Positions 25,279 through 35,400 of a stretch of 58,867 bases of DNA are shown piece by piece (position 1 is the stretch's first letter; each line of letters opens with the position of its first letter). This DNA is from an uncultured virus (IMG/VR IMGVR_UViG_3300035145_003630) (lineage: Duplodnaviria; Heunggongvirae; Uroviricota; Caudoviricetes). Location of the stretch: the IMG/VR virus record IMGVR_UViG_3300035145_003630; one strand, given 5' to 3'. The translations under genes and the position numbers were made by a program. The notes beneath the pieces are model-generated. The model saw only the letters and a list, made by a program, of their open reading frames with translations. It did not search any database and was not told the origin of the DNA.

Positions 25279-27483
25279 TTAGAAATCGAACTTTATCGTG
25301 TACTGTTGTACCCCCACTCTCTTTTCAGGGGATTGTACCTTAGACATAATCATAAGGTCTTTGTCCGAATTATAAAGTCCAACTTCGGTAACATAAGGTG
25401 AGTTACCTGTCCATGTAGGATTCGAACTATCTAAAAATTGTGTCTGACCTAAGTTGACCTGATAGTTCATTACATATATTGTGGCTGCGATATCGGACTT
25501 TAATGTTCCGTAGAAGAAGAACTCATCACCGAAGTTTAACTGTGAGTCACCCGTCTGTGGAATATCAATATAATTCTCTAATACATAAGAAGAACCCGCA
25601 TCATAATTTTCTTTTGTGATTTGGAATGTTTTGGACGCCATATTAGATTCAGAAATGTAAGAACCTGAAGTGATACCCGAAATTTGTGATGTCATATCAA
25701 TCTCCTTCCAATTTTCAGGAGTCGGTCTCGAACCTGTCGTAGTCTTTTGTACCAACATAACCAATTTGTTTGCACTAAAACCATTTGGGTTGCCTGATGG
25801 TGAATCATTTAAGAATGGAAACTCAGGACCGAAACTTACAGTAACGTTTTTGCTTGTACCGTCACCACAACCCGCTTCCTCACCAGTAATAGTAGTATAA
25901 TAGTTACAGTGTAACGAGTCAGTAAATGCAGTATTATTAAATCTATATGTGACCCATAAAGTTTCATTAGAACCTGTTAATATACCTTGGAATCCCGTAG
26001 TAACTGAGTCTGAATTTGTTGGTGAGATATACCCTAACTTAGGTGCTGGTAATGTCCAGTTTCTATTTGATTTGTAGTTTAATGCAGCAACTAATTCTTC
26101 ATCATCGATTACAACAATCTTCAAATCAGGGAAGACCTTACCCACTCTGTTTGGATATCCATTGATGTCTGTGTTCGTATCCCATAAGTGGTAATATCTA
26201 ATACCTGGGTCATTCATATTTGAATTAGGTGTCGACATTATGTAGTGAGGTGTGAACAAACCTAACGTATCATAACCAGCAGGGTCAGTGTAGAATGTTT
26301 CACCCATTGTACCACCTGTTGATTTATGCCACATCAACCATGGAATATCTAAGTTGAAGTTACGTGCGGCACCTGTATCACTTGCCAATGTCTTTGATGT
26401 ATCTCTATTCTTTTGGGCTAATTTCTCACCGTAGAAATTATCAATGGCGTTATTAGTATAGTGGATAATCGCAATAGACTTTTGGTCTGATGGTTTAACA
26501 TTAACCTTCTCACTGAAAGAATTGTAATAATAAGTCGAATCAGAATCAGTCTGACCACTATCACTATGGTACCCTAAGTACTCTTTGGTACCTGTGTATC
26601 CTGTTGAACCAAAGTAACTAAATCCTAAGTCATTGATTGTAAAACCGGCTGGTGACTCAGTCCACGGAATGTTCATATTCCATATTTTAACATCTTCACC
26701 TGTAGTACAGTTTGTTTCAAAATTCAAATCTTGAGCTTGGATGTAAGATAGTGGGGTGTTTGAATCATAAATCTCAGTCATTCCTGATGGGAAGAAGTAT
26801 AATCGACCATTACCATTTAACGACATACTTGAAAAATCAGGTAAGTCTCTATCCACCTCAACGGTAATACTACCTGATGTTGCTTGTGTTGAACCATTAA
26901 TACTTTCAACTCTATACACCAACATTGGGAAATTTCCTGACCACTCGTTACAATCGGCTGAACCATCCATCCAAATAGCAACATAATCACCGGCTTGAGT
27001 ATCAGCCGAAAATGATGTCCCACAGTTTGAGAATGATGCGGTAAATGTTTTACCTGAATTCAAGTTGGCTAAGTTGACAATCCAATTAGAAGACTTCACA
27101 TAAGTTGAAGATGATTGGTGGTAAAAAGAACCTGTAGTTCCTGTGAAGAACCCTCTCGGAGCCGCACTATTATAGATTTCATCAACTTCAGGTTTAGAGA
27201 ATGGAATACCAAAGAATGATGTTTTACTCGAATCAATATACAAAGGATATTTGATATTCAATTGGTTTTTTTCAGGGATTGAAGTCTTATTCTGAGCATT
27301 AAACGCAGGTGATAAAACTTCCAACGATGAAAGGTTTGCATTTTCGATACAATCATAACAAACTTCACTATCACCCACTTGGAAATAACTGATGTTAAAA
27401 TCTCCTCGTGAGATAGCTCTACGACCGGCGTCAGTAATTACTGAGTTAATTAATGCTGAAGTATCTTTTATAATGTATCCCAT
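25279..27483 (-). CDS. putative baseplate/tail structural protein
   Basis: N-terminal ITDAGRRAI..F.VGDSE and C-terminal YVTEVGLYN..LM..SK resemble tail-collar/baseplate proteins. Preceded by TATTTAT. Confidence 0.6.
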   Translation of the reverse strand: MGYIIKDTSALINSVITDAGRRAISRGDFNISYFQVGDSEVCYDCIENANLSSLEVLSPAFNAQNKTSIPEKNQLNIKYPLYIDSSKTSFFGIPFSKPEVDEIYNSAAPRGFFTGTTGSFYHQSSSTYVKSSNWIVNLANLNSGKTFTASFSNCGTSFSADTQAGDYVAIWMDGSADCNEWSGNFPMLVYRVESINGSTQATSGSITVEVDRDLPDFSSMSLNGNGRLYFFPSGMTEIYDSNTPLSYIQAQDLNFETNCTTGEDVKIWNMNIPWTESPAGFTINDLGFSYFGSTGYTGTKEYLGYHSDSGQTDSDSTYYYNSFSEKVNVKPSDQKSIAIIHYTNNAIDNFYGEKLAQKNRDTSKTLASDTGAARNFNLDIPWLMWHKSTGGTMGETFYTDPAGYDTLGLFTPHYIMSTPNSNMNDPGIRYYHLWDTNTDINGYPNRVGKVFPDLKIVVIDDEELVAALNYKSNRNWTLPAPKLGYISPTNSDSVTTGFQGILTGSNETLWVTYRFNNTAFTDSLHCNYYTTITGEEAGCGDGTSKNVTVSFGPEFPFLNDSPSGNPNGFSANKLVMLVQKTTTGSRPTPENWKEIDMTSQISGITSGSYISESNMASKTFQITKENYDAGSSYVLENYIDIPQTGDSQLNFGDEFFFYGTLKSDIAATIYVMNYQVNLGQTQFLDSSNPTWTGNSPYVTEVGLYNSDKDLMIMSKVQSPEKRVGVQQYTIKFDF

Positions 27484-27516
27484 ATGTTTATAAATACCTT
27501 ATTGGTTCTTTTTATT

Positions 27517-28884
27517 TTAGTTAAATGGACTCGTTGATACGTCTTGATTAGTACCACCACTACCTGTTGCAGTACCACAACTCGTTCCGTTTATTGTTAC
27601 GTTTTGTACACCGACACTATAGTAATTATACCCATAAACAGGACAAGACGAATCACGAGGTAATAAATTCGATACTGTGAATGTATCCACACCACTTACA
27701 GTACCTCCTGATATTGTAATATCAAGTGTTTTAGTAAACCCTGAATTATTCCATCCATTCACATAAGAACCACCACAAGACCTTTGACCACTACTTGTAC
27801 TCAGTGATTCATTGGTAGCGTCTATAGATGCCGCACCACTTACTGATGTAGTACTACCTGAGGTGAATGTGGCATTTTGAGTAGAAGTATAATATTCAGT
27901 AAAGAAGTTTGTGATAATAATCTTACCACTTACAGATACCCCATTCGGTAATGCAGGTGTCACTGAAGCTGTCCAATTCACTGTTTTAGATTTGTATAGT
28001 TGTGCATTACTATTTGTACTTGTCGATGTAGTAAGTTGTAAAGTATATACAGTGGTATTACTTCCTGAACCAATGGTAAAGTTTCTTGTGATTACAGTAT
28101 TGTTAGAATCTTTGATATATACCGTACCATTTCCTGAAGGTAAGTTTGTAAACGTCGCAGAACTTTGGTAAGTCACACCATCTAATGAGTATACAATAGG
28201 ACCTACACCACCCCACGCATTTACAGTGACAGTACCATTATTAGAACCAACACATGTTTCATCCGTCTTCGTTACGGTGGCATTCAATCCAACAGTCACA
28301 CAAGTACCAGTATTCAATAACCACGTAAAACTCGAACCTAATTGGTTCCACGTTCCTGTTGGGATATTTTTATTACTATTCTGAACTAAGTATCCTGGCG
28401 TAAATCCACTAACATCCCATCTTGATTGTGACGTATTATATACAATATCAAAAGATGAACCACTCCATGATGGTTTTCCATTGATGATACCTTGGTAGTC
28501 AAATTCGTACTGGTCGTAAGATTCTTGATTTTTAGTTAAACATACTGTTGATGGGTATGTTGGGCTTGGTGTCGCACTTGGAGTTGGTGTTGGTGACGGA
28601 CTTAATGCCGGTGGTGGACCTGCAACCACACAACTCGCAATATCCGTAAAATCACCATAATAATCAGTAACCGTTGCTGTGTATGTTCCAGGTACAACAT
28701 TTAAGATTTTTGTGACATCTCTTGCACCTGTAGACCATTCAATAGTATATGGAGGAGTACCACCAGTGATGAATATTTCCATTGAACCATTCACACCAGT
28801 ACTCGAATCTGTAGTCACACAATTTACCCCTAACGGGTAAACCGTATAAACTCCACAACTATTATTTGTTACTGTATCACTCAT
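27517..28884 (-). CDS. SprB-repeat-containing structural/adhesin protein
   Basis: GS..I.ITGGTPPYTIEWSTG...PGTYTATVTD and C.G.NNGTVTV.A.GGVGP..YSLDG.TYQSS..F.NL..G...V.IKDSN. Confidence 0.7.
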   Translation of the reverse strand: MSDTVTNNSCGVYTVYPLGVNCVTTDSSTGVNGSMEIFITGGTPPYTIEWSTGARDVTKILNVVPGTYTATVTDYYGDFTDIASCVVAGPPPALSPSPTPTPSATPSPTYPSTVCLTKNQESYDQYEFDYQGIINGKPSWSGSSFDIVYNTSQSRWDVSGFTPGYLVQNSNKNIPTGTWNQLGSSFTWLLNTGTCVTVGLNATVTKTDETCVGSNNGTVTVNAWGGVGPIVYSLDGVTYQSSATFTNLPSGNGTVYIKDSNNTVITRNFTIGSGSNTTVYTLQLTTSTSTNSNAQLYKSKTVNWTASVTPALPNGVSVSGKIIITNFFTEYYTSTQNATFTSGSTTSVSGAASIDATNESLSTSSGQRSCGGSYVNGWNNSGFTKTLDITISGGTVSGVDTFTVSNLLPRDSSCPVYGYNYYSVGVQNVTINGTSCGTATGSGGTNQDVSTSPFN

Positions 28885-28885
28885 A

Positions 28886-31198
28886 TTAACAACCTAACCC
28901 AACTTGACATTCTAAAGTTAACACACCATTTGGACCTACACTATAAATAGTTGAACCATCAGATATGAAAGTACCATATGTAACATATGTTGTCAAAGCA
29001 CTATTATTATAAACAACCACACCGCTTGCAAGTGCACTTACAGAAGAATTTGTATAGATAACTGTCAAGGGACCGAACAAAGTACAGTTAGGACAATTAA
29101 TACTTACAGACCTTTGTACATTCCATTGGGTATATTGAGGACCAATAGTCGATTGGGTCAAACAAAACTCACCACTCCATGTAACGTTAGTATTATCAGT
29201 AAAGTATTTAGATGAATTTACTTGTGTTGTTGCACTTGTACACTCAGCCTCAAAGTAATAGAATGTCTTCCCGTTGCTTGTTGTAACAGTACTGTTTGTA
29301 GTTGCACTGAATACAAAACCTTGACCTGTCAACCATTGATTCTGAGGGTCTCGAGCTTCAAATGTTAATATTTGGTTGGCACTTGTCGAAGGTACACTCC
29401 ACGTTACCGTATTATTCAAATCGTTAGCACACATTTTGACAGCATAAACATCACCTACTGTGATAGTACTGTCAACTGTTGATGAATTCAAACTATTATT
29501 TGTAAATGACTTTCCAAACGTGATGTTTCCATTGACTGTGAACGAAGATGACCCACCCGTATTTTGATATTCACTGTATGAAGCAATCACAGGACTATAA
29601 AAGTTAAAATTCTCAATTTTTGTTTTGTAATCGTTGAGATTTGTTACACCATTATTAGACCATGATGGGTGAGTTGCAGGACCAGAACTAAACACTGTCA
29701 AACTACACGTCATAGGTGATGGTGTAGGTGTAGCGGCATTCAAATTAGTATTACATGTTGGACAGTCATTAAACACTGTCGGACTTCCAAATATGTTTGT
29801 TGCCGAGTAGGAATATATAAATCCTTGTGGTGGTGTATAAGGCTTATTAAATATACCCACATAAACATAACACACTCCTTGGTATTGGAATGTTTTACCA
29901 ACAGTAACATTTGGTACAGGAACATCTTGACTTACTATGATTGCAATTTCTGCTGTACACGCACTATAAACATAAGTTTGAGCAGGAACACCGCTACTTG
30001 TCGACGGCGTAACAGAAGCAGTTATACTCGGAGTTAAGGTCGGTGTTGGTGTTTGTGTTTGAGTACTTGTCGGCGTTTGTGTTGGCGTATGTGTCGGTGT
30101 TGGTGTCTGAGACTGTGTCGGTGTCGGTGTTGGTGAAAGACAAATACATGAAGCATCAGCATAATAAGTTGCATCCGTCTCTGACTTCAATACCACGTTA
30201 AGTGCACATACATTATCCACATCGTAAGCATTCACAAACAATGAGTATGTTCTTCCGTCACAATCAGTAATCGTAAACTGTGCTCCCCTACCTGTACCAC
30301 CATAGAGTCTCCAATTTGTACAACATGGTGTTGAACTACTTGGAGTCACACTTATTGTTGGTGTAGGTGTTTGACTGATTTCGGGAGTAACAGAAACTGA
30401 AACTGTTGGTGTATTGGTTGGTGTAAAATCAGGTGTTCGAGAAATAGTAGGTGTCGGTGTTTGACTGACACCTGGTGTATCTGATACCGAAACTGTTGGG
30501 GTATTTGTTGGAGTAGAATCAGGTGTTCGAGAAATAGTAGGGGTTGGTGTTTGACTAATACCGGGTGTATCTGATACCGAAACAGTTGGTGTATTTGTTA
30601 TCGTAGAGGTATTTGTAGGGGTAACCGAATTTGTTGGAGTGTATGTCGGAGTAACAGATGGAGTAATACTCTGTGTTAAGGTTGGTGTATGTGTAGGTGT
30701 AGGTGTTAGAGTTTGTGTTCTTGTCAATGTTGGAGTAACTGACGGTGTCACTGTGGGTCTTGGTGTCGCAGTTTGAGAAACACCAGGTGTTGGAGATAAA
30801 GACGCCGTTGGAGTCACACTTGCAGTTACTGAAGATGTCGGCGTATTCGTTGGAGTTACTGTGGGAGTTGCCGTATTCGTTGGAGTCGGTGTACTACTCG
30901 GAGTATTTGAAGAAACACACACACCACAGGTATTATAGACCCCATTGATTGACATAACGTAGGAGTCTGGTGAACCATCAACATCACTATGATAAGTGAA
31001 ACATTGAGTTACCTGTCCATTTGGTGTTTGTAATGTGGCTCTGAAGATATCCCCAATTGATATTGGATTTGTATCATATGAAAGGTCTCCATCAACATAA
31101 AAATAGTTATTGGTATTACACTGCAATAATTTTTTAATATTATTACAACATTCAGGCTGTTCACCAAATACATTAAAACCTACTCTTCCTGTTACCAT
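28886..31198 (-). CDS. Thr/Pro-rich mucin-like protein with Cys-rich modules
   Basis: Long TPT/TPS tracts separate small Cys-containing domains. Start placed at ATG 31198. Confidence 0.85.
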   Translation of the reverse strand: MVTGRVGFNVFGEQPECCNNIKKLLQCNTNNYFYVDGDLSYDTNPISIGDIFRATLQTPNGQVTQCFTYHSDVDGSPDSYVMSINGVYNTCGVCVSSNTPSSTPTPTNTATPTVTPTNTPTSSVTASVTPTASLSPTPGVSQTATPRPTVTPSVTPTLTRTQTLTPTPTHTPTLTQSITPSVTPTYTPTNSVTPTNTSTITNTPTVSVSDTPGISQTPTPTISRTPDSTPTNTPTVSVSDTPGVSQTPTPTISRTPDFTPTNTPTVSVSVTPEISQTPTPTISVTPSSSTPCCTNWRLYGGTGRGAQFTITDCDGRTYSLFVNAYDVDNVCALNVVLKSETDATYYADASCICLSPTPTPTQSQTPTPTHTPTQTPTSTQTQTPTPTLTPSITASVTPSTSSGVPAQTYVYSACTAEIAIIVSQDVPVPNVTVGKTFQYQGVCYVYVGIFNKPYTPPQGFIYSYSATNIFGSPTVFNDCPTCNTNLNAATPTPSPMTCSLTVFSSGPATHPSWSNNGVTNLNDYKTKIENFNFYSPVIASYSEYQNTGGSSSFTVNGNITFGKSFTNNSLNSSTVDSTITVGDVYAVKMCANDLNNTVTWSVPSTSANQILTFEARDPQNQWLTGQGFVFSATTNSTVTTSNGKTFYYFEAECTSATTQVNSSKYFTDNTNVTWSGEFCLTQSTIGPQYTQWNVQRSVSINCPNCTLFGPLTVIYTNSSVSALASGVVVYNNSALTTYVTYGTFISDGSTIYSVGPNGVLTLECQVGLGC

Positions 31199-31199
31199 T

Positions 31200-32432
31200 T
31201 TAGGTTCTTGTTCCACCTTGCCAGTATGTGTTACCTGACAATTCCAAATTTATGTCCCCACTAAGACCATTTACTATATGTAATTCAGTAGTCCCTGTAT
31301 CTGAAAAGTAAACAGAATTACCCGTCCATGCGGAAATAGATAATTGCTCGGCAACTTTGTCAATGCGGTTCGCTAATCCATAAATAGTTTGACCGTTATA
31401 ATTTGCACCGGCAAATACTAAACCAACAATCTTTCTTGTACCTGAAAAATCAGCTACCAAAGCAGACCCAGAATCACCACCATACACAGGATAAGGACAT
31501 ATAGAACCTGCAGGTGTTGTTGAAGCACTGGCGTAATATCTTATACAATCACTGAAGTATATGGTTTCATTGACACCTTGATTATTATACTCAATACTTA
31601 TGGTCGCGGCAACTGATGATGCAAATAACTTCATATCCCCTTCACCTTTGGGTCCTGTTGTACGACCAGCACTAAATAAGTTAATTCCATTGGTAACAAG
31701 ACTATCAATTTCAGCTGTAGATGCAAATTCCAAAGGTTGAGTCCATCCATTCATACCATATTGTCTGTATGATGTCGTTGAACTAATATCACTTTGGTTT
31801 ACAGTTGCTAATGCACCATCAACAGAGTTATATTCGGGAGTACCACTGATTGGTACATATCTTTTAACCAGACCAATCGAGTTTTGTAGACCACTGTTAC
31901 CACTTTCATTAGGTTGAGTCACAAAATTATTCACAATATCTGTGTGTACTCCACTTTGTTGTCTTTCTGAGGCTAAAAAAGCATTTTTAACTAAAACGTG
32001 ATTGTTACTTACACCAACTAACGAATTAGTTTCAGTATCTACCGCCAAAAACCCTAAAGTACCCACATAACTACCTAAATTAGTGTAATTTGTTACTGAA
32101 ATACCACCTTGGATTGGTCTAATCTTGTTTCTATTAGCAGGTGGAGTATTAATCCATGTATAAAAATCTGAAGGGCAATTCTCCATGAAAACGAATTCAC
32201 CTTCTTCAACATCCGTCTTTAATATTGACCCGTCGACCTCAATTTCTGATGGTAGTAACTCATCTTCAGGTATTTCTTCCAATGGTCTTTTTTGTTTTAC
32301 TGTAAAAACAACCGCATCTTCATCAGTCATCTTACCACCAACCGTTTTCTTTGTAATGGTCACGCCCACCACATCCTCAGGGGTTATGTTATGGTAGTGT
32401 TTTGTCAGGTCTCTTAATAATTGGTTATCCAT
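31200..32432 (-). CDS. trypsin-like (S1, Nal1-like) serine protease with N-terminal pro-domain
   Basis: GTLG, SNNHV (His), VDGAL (Asp), GRTTG and GDSGS (Ser), followed by IVGLVFAG. Confidence 0.88.
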   Translation of the reverse strand: MDNQLLRDLTKHYHNITPEDVVGVTITKKTVGGKMTDEDAVVFTVKQKRPLEEIPEDELLPSEIEVDGSILKTDVEEGEFVFMENCPSDFYTWINTPPANRNKIRPIQGGISVTNYTNLGSYVGTLGFLAVDTETNSLVGVSNNHVLVKNAFLASERQQSGVHTDIVNNFVTQPNESGNSGLQNSIGLVKRYVPISGTPEYNSVDGALATVNQSDISSTTSYRQYGMNGWTQPLEFASTAEIDSLVTNGINLFSAGRTTGPKGEGDMKLFASSVAATISIEYNNQGVNETIYFSDCIRYYASASTTPAGSICPYPVYGGDSGSALVADFSGTRKIVGLVFAGANYNGQTIYGLANRIDKVAEQLSISAWTGNSVYFSDTGTTELHIVNGLSGDINLELSGNTYWQGGTRT

Positions 32433-32435
32433 ATC

Positions 32436-35400
32436 TTATAGGTTTGGTATAAACATAAATACTGTGAACGGTCCACCTTCAGTTGGAGTGACACTCGGAG
32501 TCGGAGTGTATGTTGGACTCACAGAGATTGATGGTGTATTTGTCGGACTATTAGATATCGTTGGAGTATTAGTCGGACTTACCGAAATTGTTGGCGTATT
32601 TGTTGGACTCACCGAAATGGTAGGTGTGTTACTTGGACTTGGTGTCGATGTAATTGCAGGTCCACTACAACAGTTGTTACATATATTTGTTAATGTATAT
32701 GCTGAGCTTGGGTATTGAGGTGGGAATATTACTGTATTTTGTTGTGCACATATCGTAATAGTTGTCGGTACTTTATAGATAATACCATGTGACTGTCTTA
32801 CAGTACCACATAACGTATCACTACACTCATCATACCAATATTCGAATAACCCTTCCGTACCCAATTTAGTCACTTCTAATTCATATACACTACAGTCTTG
32901 TAAAATACTTGATGTTGATGGAGTCACTGTATGTGTCGGAGTAACTGTAGGTGTTGAAGTTACCGTAGGGGTTTGGGTTGATAATGGTGTATTAGTTGGT
33001 GTAGGACTTGGTGTTCCTCCCGGTGTTTGAGTAACTGTAGATGTTGGTGTAATTGTTACAGTATTTGACGGTGTCGGTGTATTAGATGACGTTACAGTTG
33101 CCGTTTGTGTCGGAGTGTGTGTTGATGTAGGTGTCGATGTTGGAGTTCCACCAGGAGTCTCTGAAGGAGTAACGGTTTGTGTTACCGTTTGGGTTGGTGT
33201 ATACGTAGGTGTTGCACTTGCGGTGATAGATGGAGTAACGGTCACTGTCGGTGTTTGAGTTGCCGTCAATGATGGTGTTACCGATGGTGTCACAGAAGAA
33301 GTGATTGAAGGTGTCGGAGTTAATGTTGCCGTTTGAGTTGGGGTATTTGTTGGAGTACCACCTGGTGTCTCAGAAGGAGTTACTGTCTGAGTTGGAGTTG
33401 ATGTTGGTGTTTCACTTGCAGTTACAGTTGGAGTTACAGAACCTGTAGGTGTATTAGTATTTGTTACCGTCGGAGTCACTGATGCAGTAACCGATGGTGT
33501 TGGCGTAACAGACGATGAAGGAGTCACCGTTTGAGTCGGAGTAACCGAAGCTGTTGGAGTTACAGACGATGTCTGAGTAACCGTTTGTGTTGGAGTATTT
33601 GTCGGAGTAGAACCTGGTGTTTCTGACGGAGTAACAGTCTGAGTAGGTGTCAATGTTTGTGTATTTGACGGAGTAATAGTTGCGGTCAATGTAGGTGTAA
33701 CACTTGCCGTTGGTGTAACTGATGCAGTTGGTGTCACACTCGCTGTAGGGGTAACAGAAGCCGTTGGAGTAACCGATGATGTAGGAGTATTTGTCGGTGT
33801 AACCTGAGGAGTCTCAGACGGAGTAACTGTTTGTGTTGGAGTTGACGTAGGTGTTTCACTCGCGGTCACAGTTGGTGTCACCGAAGCAGTTGGAGTATTC
33901 GTTGGTGTTTCAGTAGGAGTTGAAGTGACCGTAGATGTCACTGTTTGAGTTGGTGTACTTGTGTTAGTAGGTGTTACCGATGCCGTCGGAGTTACAGATG
34001 CCGTTGGTGTAACTGAAGATGTTGGAGTATTTGTAGGTGTTACCCCTGGTGTCTCACTCGCAGTTACAGTTTGAGTAGGTGTCAATGTTTGAGTATTTGA
34101 CGGAGTGATTGTCGCAGTAATAGATGGAGTAACAGTCGATGTAGGTGTTACCGAAGATGTAGGTGTTACTGAGGCAGTTGGAGTAACTGACGATGTCGGT
34201 GTTACAGATGCAGTTGGAGTATTTGTTGGGGTAGATATTGGTGTCTCAGAAGGTGTCACAGTCTGAGTAGGTGTCGATGTTGGAGTTTCACTTGCAGTAA
34301 CAGTTGGGGTAACCGAAGCAGTAGCAGTCACACTTGCAGTAACCGTAGCCGTAACTGACGGTGTTGGGGTAACTGATGAAGTAGGTGTTACTGAAGCCGT
34401 AGGTGTGACCGAGGCAGTTGGAGTAACTGAAGAAGTAGGTGTATTTGTAGGTGTACTTACAGGTGTTTCAGAAGGAGTAACCGTTTGTGTTTGAGTTACT
34501 GTTGGAGTTACACTCGAAGTAATAGTTGGCGTCACAGATGCAGTTGGAGTTACAGATGCAGTAACAGTCGCAGTTACCGATGGAGTTGGTGTATTTGATG
34601 TCGTTGGAGTAACTGAAGCAGTTGGCGTTACCGATGCTGTTGGTGTGACAGATGAAGTCTGTGTTACCGTAGCCGTTGGTGTTGATGTAGGAGTTACTCC
34701 TGGCGTTTCAGAAGGTGTTACTGTTTGTGTTGGAGTAAATGTAGGTGTCACCGTCGCAGTAACAGTTGGGGTAATACTCGCTGTTGGTGTAACCGATGCA
34801 GTCACAGTCGCAGTAACTGAAGGTGTTGGCGTATTCGTTGGCGTCTCAGTCTGAGTCGGAGTGACCGATGAAGTAGGTGTTACGGAAGCAGTAACAGTTT
34901 GAGTCGGTGTAACAGTATTTGTTGGAGTTACACTTGCAGTTGGAGTGACTGATGAAGTCGGAGTATTTGTAGGTGTACTACCTGGTGTTTCTGATGGGGT
35001 TACTGTTTGTGTCGGAGTAAATGTTGGAGTAACAGTTGCCGTAACCGTTGGAGTTATTGATGCGGTTGGAGTAACACTCGCAGTAATTGTAGCAGTCACA
35101 GAAGGTGTCAATGTCTGTGTCGGAGTAACAGAACTTGTTGGTGTAACACTTGCCGTTGGAGTAACAGAGGTAGTAACAGTCTGAGTTGGGGTTACTGTTT
35201 GAGTAGGAGTAACCGATGCAGTTGGGGTAACTGATGAAGTTGGTGTATTAGTCTGAGTAACCGCAGGAGTTTCAGAAGCAGTCACCGTTTGCGTTGGTGT
35301 AAATGTTGGAGTTACAGTTGCAGTAACCGTCGGTGTAATACTTGCCGTTGGAGTGACTGACGCAGTTACTGTCGCAGTTACAGAAGCAGTAGGAGTATTC

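Noticed and set aside
611..25900. Short Ser/Phe/Leu-rich plus-strand ORFs and off-frame minus-strand ORFs nested in larger genes (e.g. 611-1072, 3896-4651, 9158-9625, 17633-18076, 19565-19927)
   Set aside because: They lie within, or almost within, well-supported genes, and their composition is that expected of antisense Glu/Lys/Asp codons.
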